Part shown: positions 1 to 9,559 of the stretch, one piece after another
Layout: every line of letters starts with the position of its first letter
How positions within the stretch are numbered: the stretch's first letter is position 1
The notes under the pieces: generated by a model
Databases searched by the model: none
Seen by the model: the letters and a program-made list of their open reading frames with translations, nothing else
Told to the model about the DNA's origin: nothing
Assembly (NCBI RefSeq): GCF_020745735.1
Contig: NW_026867443.1
Coordinates: 186,001-250,000, forward strand
Length of the DNA: 64,000 bases
Direction of reading: 5' to 3'
Origin: Hemiscyllium ocellatum
Lineage: Eukaryota
Position numbers and translations under genes: made by a program

Positions 1-2639
1 GGCAAGAATGTGGAATAATCAGGTCAGCCATGGGGAGCAGGCTCAAGAGGATGAATCTCCTTCCTCTGCCCCTCACTCATTTGATCGTGTGTCCAGTTCC
101 ACCGTTGAAAGAACAGCGCCTTGAAAGCTTGTGGTTTTCAATAAAGCAGCTGAAGTGGCTGCTGGTTTGTGTGGGCGCGAATGGAAGGGGACTTTACCCA
201 TAATCCTCAGCAGCCGCGCAAGCTCTCTCTCGCCACTAGAGGGCAGCTGCTTCACTGTCCCTGATCAGTAAAAGGTAAAGTGGGACTCTGCTTGGAGCTG
301 ACAGGCTCAATCTGCAGAGACCCATAGAGAGACAGTGCAGCTTTAGAAGTAGGGTACTGAGGGCTCCATAATGAAAATATCCCCTGTGATAAGAAAAGTA
401 CTTTGATGGGACTTTTGTTTGTCTTCACAGTGTGCTGTTTTGTTCATTCTGTGAAACACGTAGATGATGCCAGTACTGAGTAGCACAAAGTATATTTCCT
501 CCTCTAACCCCTTTCCAAAACACCCTCTCCATCTTGCTTTACTCCTTATTGACTCTTCTACAATTGTCCCTGTTCCGTCACTCTGTCCCAGTCCCTGAGA
601 GATTGATGGCCGGAGTTCATGACACCGCACTGTGTGAAGGTTGGTGTGAAGTGAGGCCAGTGTGTTGGAGCTTGGGCTCCTGCCTCAGGCCCAGGTGTAG
701 GAGCCTGTTCAACAATCTGCACATTGTCCTTTTTCTCTTTCTGACCGTACTGGAGTTTTCAAGCTGCAGTAACTTGCTGGCAACAAGGCGTCTTGTCTAA
801 AATGTTCCCAGCACTGGACAGATCTCTGCGGTTGATTTTTTTCACTCTCTCTGGAGTCAGCTCTGTATTCAGTGCTTGTTATCATTTTGTTAGAGTTCAT
901 AAGTCAGCTACTGCTTCCTTGCTATGGACTTGGAAAAAAAATCATCAATGCCTCTTGAGATTTAAATCATTTAACATTCCAATGATGTGAATGCATCAGT
1001 GTTGTTAAAAGCAGGGAGCATTTAACATCATGGTTCTAGTTTTTAATGGATCCTCTCTCGTGATAATACAGTTTGCAATGTTTCTCTCCCCTTCCATGTT
1101 ATTCAGATGCTTGCAAACCTGTTATGATGAGGACAGTGCGTCTTCAACACCGTGTGACGGAGTGGATGGGTGTTTGATTTCTCATCTCATTATCGTCCAG
1201 TTTCCAAAGAAAATGCTGTAGTCTTTGAAATGAGATTATCTATAATGTGTTTGGATTTTATTTTTGCAATGCCAATTTTCATAAACAATATCTTGTTCCA
1301 TTTTATAGTTATGTTTGTCAATGAATGTTCCCTGAGATACTGAGAGTTTACATAACGCGCCATTTGCCTGTGACCCAGTTGTTGGCTGAAGCCTCTGGTT
1401 GTTCGGTGAGTCCAAGCCATTGCCTTGCTCTCTGCAGTTATACCATCAACTTGGTTTCTCAGTGTGAGCCAGGAGACCATTGCGTGGTAACTTCCTGTTC
1501 CACTGTCGGTGTAAAGGCAAGTGGGAACTGTCGTGGTTAATCCCATCATGAACATCAGAACATTCTGCTCAGCTGGAACTACATCCACTGACTCATTTTT
1601 CTGGCCACCATCGCAGTAAAACCAAATCTCTCCCTTTGTCAGCACAAAGGGAAAGTGCCCATCAGATTCCCTCGTGTGTGATGGTTTAGCCCAATAGGAG
1701 CAGCACTGGTAGACCATGCTGCATCAGCCTGGACAGAAACCTGGGCAACCTCCAAATGAAACTGTGATCTTCAATGGATCTGCTGCTACAGGAAATATGT
1801 AATTGGAATCCTTGTTAATGAATCACCTCATCAAACCTAAATACAACTGAGAAAATAGAAACCAAACCAATTTCCTAAGGTCACAACACAACAAGAAAGT
1901 GTGGAACAGACAGATACTGTCCCCTGTCTTTAGGGAGCATTGCTTTTCCTATCCTCTCTCTCTCTGGGTTAAAATTTTTACTATCCTTTCTGTGTGAGAA
2001 TATTACTGTTCCTGTCCCCACTCTCTTGGGGACAGGTGGGGATGTCACATCCACCCAGTTCGTTTGTTCCATTTACTCTTCTGAAATGGGGAATCCCTCC
2101 TTCACCATGTGTGTGAGCCATGTGTGAAAGTCCAGCACAGCTCACCCTTCATCTCAATCAGATCACAGGGCTCTAAGGTTAGTCAGTACTGTCTGGACCA
2201 GACAAAAGCACTGACTGACTGGAGACAATTCAGATCAAGTCCCAATGAGACTGCTATTGACCTTCACCCTCAAAGCCCACTGAGGGTGTGGTCATTAGAC
2301 TCAGTGTTGTCACAAAGTAAGTTCTCCCAGAGATTCATGATCCATTCTAGATTTTATACAAGTGTGCGATGTTGTTGGATGACAGGTGGGAAGGCTTGGA
2401 GACAAAACATAAAAGGAGAGAGAATTATATTTCTATGATGCCGTTTTTGAGCTTGGATGTTGGAAAATGTTTTACAGCCAATTCAATACTTCCGAAGTCC
2501 AGGCATTGTTGTGATGTGGGAATTGTGACAGCCTGGGCAAGGCAGATCATATGGCAGCACCACCCAGAGACTGTAGGCTGCTACTGCAGGCAGGGGACAA
2601 ACCAGTTGTGCTGTGAGGGAAGGACACTGGAGCACACAA

Positions 2640-3000
2640 GAACATGAGAAATTGAAGCAGGAGTAGGACTCCAATGACTGTCCATCCTTTCTTAAATACA
2701 GGGACCAAAATTGCACACAATACTTCAACTCCAGGCTCACTAACACCCTGTAAAGTTTCAACAAGATTTCTCTACTTTTAAATTCCAACCCCAGACAATA
2801 AAGGTGAAAATTCCATTTGCCTTCTCAATTCCTTGCTGCACCTGCACTAACTTTCAATGTTTCATGCACAATACTACACCGATTACTCTGTACTGCACTT
2901 TGTTGGAATCTCTCACTATTTAAATAATAGTCAGCCTTTCGATTATTCCAAACAAAGTGCATGGTCTCACACTTTCTGATATTAAATTCCGTCCACTGTG
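2640..3000 (-). mobile_element. CR1-type LINE 3' fragment (RT C-terminus and 3' tail)
   Basis: The minus-strand ORF reads EFKSREILLKLYRVLVSLELKYCVQFWSLYLRKD, the typical CR1 ORF2 C-terminal motif (LYxxLVRPxLEYCVQFWSP). Boundaries approximate. Confidence 0.8.
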
Positions 3001-3134
3001 AATGAGTGCTTCATTTTCAGTTTGGTGTTCTCTTTGTGATTGACTGTCTCAATGCATTATCTGTAGTGTGTCCCATTCCCATTTGTTGATGGCCCTGACA
3101 CTTGATTGTCCAGCCCTTTCCTGCTGGTTCCGTT

Positions 3135-5580
3135 CAATGACAGGCAGGAGGTTGGAGGAACACAGCAAGCCAGGCAGCATCAGGCGGTGAAGAAGTTGAT
3201 GTTTTGGGTGTAACCCTTCTTCAGGAATGGCGGTGAGTGTAGGCGGAGCTGCAGATAAAGCGGGTGGCTGGGGCAGGGTGGAGAATGGGGATAGATGAAG
3301 ACAGGCAGATGACACGACCTGGTTCGTTAATGGAAGGAATGAATCTGTTTGGTGGCAGAGAGGAGTGGAAGAGATGGGAGGGGCTGGGGAGGGAGTCCGG
3401 GGATGGGAAGGGAAGGTGTTTGAATTTGGAGAACTCAGTGTTGAATCCTCTGGGCTGTAGGCTGCCCAGGCGGAAGATGAGGTATTGTCCCTCCAATTTG
3501 CGATTTGGTTCATTGTGGCAATGGAGGAAGCCAAAGATGATCATGGTAGAAAGGGAGTGGGAAGGGGAATTAAAATAGGTGGTGACTGGGAGGTCTGGTC
3601 GGCTCCTACAGGCCCAGCTGAGATGCACGAGCAACCGCTGCCTAAGTTTATGTTTGGTCTTCCCGATGTAGAGAAGACCACATCGCCGTCACCTGAAGCA
3701 GTAAACTAGGTTGGAGGAGAGGCAAGTGAACCTCTGTCTCACCTGGAAGGACTGTTTAGGGCCCTGGATGGAGGTGCTGGGGTTGGTGTACCAGCAGGCT
3801 TTGCATCATTTCCGTTTGCAGGGGAAGGTACCGGGGGTTCAGGAGAGATGGTGGAGAGAGTGGTGCAAACCAAGAATTGTCAAAGGGAACAGTCCTTGTG
3901 GAAGGCAGACAGGGGTAGGGTGAGGAAGACATTCTTGGTGGTGGGGTCTTGTTGGGGTTGGCGGAATAGGATGATGTGTTGGATACAGAGATTGGTTTGG
4001 GTGATAGGTGAGGGCAATGGGGTCTTTGTCTTTATTCTGTTTGGAGGGGGGTGGGTTTAGAGCAGTGGAATGGAAAATGGAGGTGGTGCGATGGATGACA
4101 GAGGGAGCAAAAGCATGTTGTTCGAAATAGGTGGACATCTAGAATACTTGGGAGTGGAATGTCTCCTCATCCGAGCAGATAGAGCAGAGGCGGAGGAATT
4201 GGAAGAATGGGATGGAGAAAGTATAGTCCGTGTAATAATGGGAGTCTGTGAGTTTGCAGTAAATGTCTATCTGAACACGGTCACTGGAGATGGGAATGGA
4301 GAGGTCAATAAAGGGGAGGGAGGTGTCCGAGGTGGACCAAGTGAATTTGAGGGTAGGGTGGAAGTTGTGGGCGAAGACGATGAACTGCTCCAGTTCAGCC
4401 TGGGTGCAGGTCACTGCACCAATGCAGTCATCGATGTAATGGTAGCAGAGCTGGGGCACAGTGCCTGTGTAGGCACTGAAGAGGGACTGTTCAGCATAGC
4501 CAATAAAGGGGCAGGGGGAGCTGGGGCCCATCCAGGTACTCATAGCCATCCCTGGATTTAGAGGAACTGGGAGGAGTTAAAGGAAAAGTTGTTGAGGGTG
4601 AGGACCAGTTCAGCCAGATGGAGGAGGGTATTGGTGGAGGGGGAGTGGATGGATCTGTTGGAGAGAAAAAAGCAGAGGGCCAGGAGGCTGATCTTGTTGG
4701 GTATTGACGTATATAAGGACTGTCCATAGTGAAGATAAAGTGCTGGGGGCCTGGGAACTGAAGGTTACTGAAGAGATGGAGGGCATGGTTGGTGTCACGG
4801 ATGTAGGTGGGAAGTGCCTGAACCAAGGAGGAGAGGATGGAGTTGAGGTAGGATGAGAGGAGTTCGGTGGGGCAGGAGCATGTTGAGATGATGGGTCGGC
4901 CAGTGTAGTTGGGTTTATGGATCTTGGGGAGCAGGTAGAACTGGGCAGTGCAGGGCTGGGGGACTATGAGATTGGAGACAGTGGAGGGGAGATCACTGGA
5001 GGCAATGGGGGCACAGACAGTGTGAGTGATCTTGGCCTGATGGGTCACGGTGGGGTCATGGGCAAGGGGGAGGTAGAACGTGGGGTCAGAGAGTTGGGGT
5101 TCAGCCTCTGTGACATAGAGGTCCGTTCCCCAGACTACCACCTTTGTCAGTGGGTTTGATGGTGAACCGGGGGTGGTACGGAGAGAGTGGAGGGCTGCAC
5201 GTTTGGAGGAGGGGTGGTTGGAGAGGGTGAGGGGGTTGGAGAAATTGAGGCGGCTGATTTCACATCAGTGGTCAGCAATGAAGACCTCTAGGGTGTGTAC
5301 ACACCTGGTGGTGGGGGAGGTTGGGGGGTGACCAAGTGGAGGAGGAAGGTTGAAGGTGGGAGGAGGGGTCCTCAGAGGGAGTTTGGGAGTTTTTGTTAAA
5401 GAAGAAGACACGGAGGTAGAGGCGGCGGAAGAAGAGCTCCACGTCCTGGTGGGTGCGGGATTTTTTGAAGTTGGGAACAAATGTGAGCCTTTTTCTCAGG
5501 ATGAACCTTTTGGACTCAGAGAGTTCGAGGTCGTGGGGGGATAGTAAATAAAGGGCAAGGCTCGGGGTGGGGGACAAGGT
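3135..5580 (-). mobile_element. Penelope-like retroelement, near complete but frameshifted (RT plus GIY-YIG endonuclease)
   Basis: Successive minus-strand ORF pieces: LSESKRFILRKRLTFVP (N-terminus); FYLLPKIHKPNYTGRPIIS...LPTYIRDT...FTMD (RT); GMAMSTWMGP...YIDD...HPTLKFT...LPFIDL (RT core); RKLEGQYLIFRLGSLQPRGFNTEF (GIY-YIG C-terminus). A hammerhead-like core follows at 3198-3224. Confidence 0.9.
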
Positions 5581-5925
5581 TTTCAGGGGGCTCCGAGATG
5601 GCTGAAGGAGGGGAGGGGGAAAGGGTAATGGGAATGGGAGAGAATGGGTGTGGGAGAGAAAGGAGATTGGAGTGGAGGTGGGTTATGGAGTGAGGTGTAG
5701 GAGTGGGAAGGTGGGGATGTGGTGAAGAGGGAGAAGTGGAGGGATAGGGTGCACTGTGGGGGTGGATGGGTGAGGAGGGAGAGCGAGTGTGCTGGCTGGC
5801 TGCAGGTAGGCAGTTGGACTCAGGGGGACTGTGGGAATTGTAGTCTCAGTCCTGGTTGCAGAGTGGGAGGGGCCAGAAGTGGAGGCAGATGCTGGAGCGA
5901 AGTCAAGGCTGGATTGGGTGTTTTG

Positions 5926-6226
5926 ACCCAGGTTCAATTCCAGCCTCAGGCGACTGTCTGTGTGGAGTTTGCACATTCTCCAAGTGCCTGCGTAGGTTTC
6001 TTCTGGGTGCTCTGGTTTCCTCCCACAGTCTAAAGACGTGCAGGTTAGGTGAATTGGCCATGCTAAGTTGCCCACAGTGGTCAGGGATGTGTAGGTTAGG
6101 CTCATTAGTCAGGGGAAAAGCAGAGTAATAAGACAGGGGATTGGGTCTTGGGTAGGTTACTCTTCCAAGGTCAGTGTGGACATGTTGGGCCAAGTGGCCT
6201 GTTTCCTCACTGTAGGGATTTTATGA
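5926..6226 (+). mobile_element. HE1-type (V-SINE) elasmobranch SINE, 5'-truncated
   Basis: B-box GGTTCAATTCC followed by the V-SINE core GTCTGTGTGGAGTTTGCACATTCTCC...GGTTTCCTCCCACAGTC and a CR1-like tail. Confidence 0.8.
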
Positions 6227-6948
6227 CAGACCATTCCGGATTCCCACCACCTGTTGAGTGAAAAAGTTCTTCACCAAATCTTATTTGCAGTGTCCATAAT
6301 GAAATCTTTCAAACCGTTCATTTTGTTTAATGTCATTTAGCTCTTGAGCTCCTTGTTCAATAAATGTTTTATTCTTTTTGATGAAATATGAGTTCCCTGA
6401 CAGGGACAGTTAACTTTCTCCAATCAGGGAGCCCTGGCTGACAGATAAACAGAGGAGTGTCAGAAGGACTGATACTCTGGGACCTGACTCTGAATAACAA
6501 CCTGCCAACCAACTTGCCCCCCCTCCCGCTTCTGTCACCCTCAATCTCCCCATGCTTACTCTTGTTTCACCTTCGATCCAGCCTGTGCTGCCTTTGGGAG
6601 AGGTTGGCCTTCCCTCCATCACCCAGGAATGTGGTCATCATCCCAGAGCAGTCACACTTTTAACCTGAGGGTCATCACAGCTGGGGCAGGGGGAGAGAAG
6701 GTGGCACCTTCATGGTGGTCATACCTGTCATTAATCCACCGCAACCTCTCTTGGGGCTGCAAGAATTCAACCTCCCTCCCTCAGACAGCTCCCCTCCCTG
6801 GAAGGTAATATTGCTGCACCTTGTTTTGGGTTAATTAACCACTGAAATATGACTATGGGGAGCCAGCACTGGCTGGGCAGGCAGCCACGATTGACCCTGG
6901 ATTCAGAAAGTCCCCGTGTAATTGGGCAACACATTAGGGAGCACAGTC

Positions 6949-7020
6949 TAGATTAGAGTAGTGCTGGAAAAGCACAGCAGGTCAGGCAGCATCTGAGGAG
7001 CAGGAAAATCGACATTTCTG
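6949..7020 (-). mobile_element. Penelope-type terminal repeat fragment
   Basis: Reverse complement of 7630-7703 (GCTGGAAAAGCACAGCAGGTCAGGCAGCATCTGAGGAGCAGGAAAATCG). Same family as the 3' end of the Penelope element. Confidence 0.65.
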
Positions 7021-7604
7021 CATTAGGGAACACAGTGCCCACTGCCTCTGAAATCCCTCCCTTACTGAGAATACACTCTCAGTATTAACTTTCTCAGCTG
7101 CCATCTGAATTTACTATAAATTCTGTGTCAAATGATCCTGCCCCTCCAGCTACCTGATGAAGAAACAGTGCTCTGAACGTTTCTACTTTCAAATAAACCT
7201 GTTTGACTATCACCTGGAGTTGTGTGATTTTTAACTTTGGCCATCTGAATGAGCTGCCATCTCAGACTGAATCAGCAGAACTGTTTTCCATTCATGATTT
7301 GAGAAGATTAAAGCCTAATCTTCAATCCCCAGCACAAAGCCCATTCTCAATCCATCGCTCGGAGACACATACCTCAGAGAGACACCTATAGACAGCACAG
7401 AGTAACACACTCACTCTGTGAGACAGGTAGCACTGAGGAACATGATCACACTCCATGCTGCAGATAGGTGTCTCCGAATGTGGGTCGTTACTGAACGCTG
7501 CCTGTATGTGTCTCTCTGAGTAACAAATCCACACTGAGAGAGACCCCTCCAAGCAGCATTAAGTTAAACACTCGCCCTCAGAGAGGCACACATTCCAGAT
7601 AGAG

Positions 7605-7737
7605 CTTTATTCCTGATGAAGGGCTTTGCCCGAAACATCGATTTTCCTGCTCCTCAGATGCTGCCTGACCTGCTGTGCTTTTCCAGTACCACTCTAATCT
7701 AGAATCTGGTTTCCAGCATCTGCAGTCCTTGTTTTTA
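7605..7737 (+). mobile_element. Penelope-type terminal repeat with minimal hammerhead ribozyme core
   Basis: CTGATGA(7613-7619)-A-GGGC-TTT-GCCC-GAAA(7632-7635)-CATC, followed by the shark Penelope tail GATGCTGCCTGACCTGCTGTGCTTTTCCAG. Confidence 0.65.
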
Positions 7738-8112
7738 CCTCAGAGAGACACAACTGACAATGTCAGTGATTGGCCGAAGATTGTTTCAGCAGCTACCCAA
7801 CATGCAGCAGAGATTGCACAGTGCGATCCCATCAGCTGGGCCTGGACCAACAGAGTGAAGAGGGAATGCATCAGATTGTACTTATTGAGTCCTAACAGCT
7901 TTCGGTTTCTGTTCTTTTTGGAATCTTGTAACCTGCATAAATTCCTGATCAAAGGGATCATTTGAAAATGATTAATGATTGATGATTGTAATTGATTGAC
8001 AGGCCAACCAGCCAATCTTGACAATGACCTGCTGAAATGCAGCCAATCAACTGGGGGGCGGGGAGGTTATCTATTTCCAAAGCATACACCAGACAGAGAC
8101 TGAATCTTCACC

Positions 8113-8118
8113 TTTATT
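8113..8118 (-). terminator. Distal polyadenylation signal candidate, cluster 1
   Basis: AATAAA on the minus strand ~525 nt after the C stop, at the homologous position to 58965-58970. Confidence 0.4.
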
Positions 8119-8316
8119 CCCTTTTCCACATTCACATTGACAGAAAAAAAACTGTAATTAACAGCCCAGACAGAGGAAGCTGCTCAAATTCACAGCCACA
8201 ATGGCGTTTAAGGAAAACACTTGTGGAGAATTGCTCAATAACATGAGAATCCTGTCCCTTTAAACAGTGACAAAACCTTAAATTGGAACTGGCAGCTGAG
8301 CAGGAAGGAGATCTGG

Positions 8317-8322
8317 TTTATT
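8317..8322 (-). terminator. Proximal polyadenylation signal candidate, cluster 1
   Basis: AATAAA on the minus strand ~320 nt after the C stop. The cluster 2 homologue reads AGTAAA (58761-58766). Confidence 0.45.
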
Positions 8323-8643
8323 GAAGCAGAGAATTCTGAGGTTCACATTGTTTTGTACAGCTGACAGTCTTCAGCAACTTCAAGAGATTTTACTTGGCAT
8401 CACAAGTCAACCCTGTCCCCATCAAACACTCCCAGAACAGGGACAGCATGGGGTTTGACACAGCATAAAGCTCCCTCGACACTGTCGCAATGATCTGCTT
8501 TAACATCCAAACCTCAGAAGGTTCCCTGAGCAGTCCTGAGAAGGAAGAGAGTTGAAATTCAGTGCTGACAATGACCTTTGACCTGCCAGCTCAGCCCTGT
8601 TCTATTTAAAGTTGTGTCTCCTCTGTGGACTGTCTCCAACACT

Positions 8644-8972
8644 CTACACACATTCTGATCTCCTGATGCTCTTGCTGAGGGGAGAGGGGAGGGTCACGTG
8701 GGTGAGGGCACAGGAGAAGCGAGCGTTGGACTCCCAGTCAGACCCAGAGAGGGTCAGCAGGCTGCTGACACTGTAGGTGCTGTCCGAAGCTCGCAGGTAG
8801 TTGCTGGTCTGAACCCCGTCCGAAATGACTGCACCGTCTTTCTTCCACTGCACCTCCAGCTCATCGGGATAGAAGTGATTGGCAAGGCACACCAGGGTGG
8901 CAGTGTCCTTGGCATTAATCTGCTCAGGGGAGGGGGGCAGCAGGGTCAGCTTGGGCTGAGAGTTGTCACGGA
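8644..8972 (-). CDS. IGKC: Ig kappa-type light-chain constant exon, cluster 1 (C1)
   Basis: Acceptor TTTTGTCTTTCAG, then a 329-nt open exon: (I)RDNSQPKLTLLPPSPEQINAKDTATLVCLANHFYPDELEVQWKKDGAVISDGVQTSNYLRASDSTYSVSSLLTLSGSDWESNARFSCALTHVTLPSPLSKSIRRSECV*. It has the C1-set Cys/Trp/Cys and the terminal ECV. Confidence 0.97.
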
Positions 8973-9559
8973 CTGAAAGACAAAAGAAACAATTTTAATC
9001 CCTGACATTTGAAGGGAATTCAACCCTCACAATATTCACTGGCAATACGGTCTTTTTGAACATTCTTAGTCAATACAGAATAAACCCAACAAATGAACAG
9101 ACACTGTTCAAATTGCTTCTTGCGATCTGAGTGTCACTGGCAGGGCCAGCATTCATTACCGTCCCTAGATGTCCCTGAGAAGGTGATGGTGAAGCAGCAG
9201 AGAGAGAAGGGACAATTTTGGACCATCAGTTATGGAATGAATGTGGGAAGCTGGAAGGGCTATCGATGGGGGAGCATTTTAGTGACACTGATTAGAACTC
9301 AGTGAGATTGAGAGTAGGGATGGAAATGGAGAACCATGGAGCAAGTGTAAAAGTTTTCATTTTCCTAAACTGTGCGGTGCTTTGGTAAAAGTGGATCGGA
9401 ACCAATGGCATGATGGGAAATCAGTGTCAGGGCAGTGGGAGCCCTCAAAGGATGAGACAAACTGTTCAGAATCTGTTCCCACAATGAGTAAGGGTGGGAC
9501 TCCCACATCTAGACCAAAGAAACAAGAGGATTGGGGTTCACGTACTGACATGGATTGGG

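Noticed and set aside
3264-5159. Plus-strand ORFs of 104-163 aa
   Set aside because: Antisense shadows of the Penelope RT reading frame.
8698-8976. 92-aa ORFs antisense to the C exons (also 58104-58382)
   Set aside because: Shadow frames of the kappa C exons.
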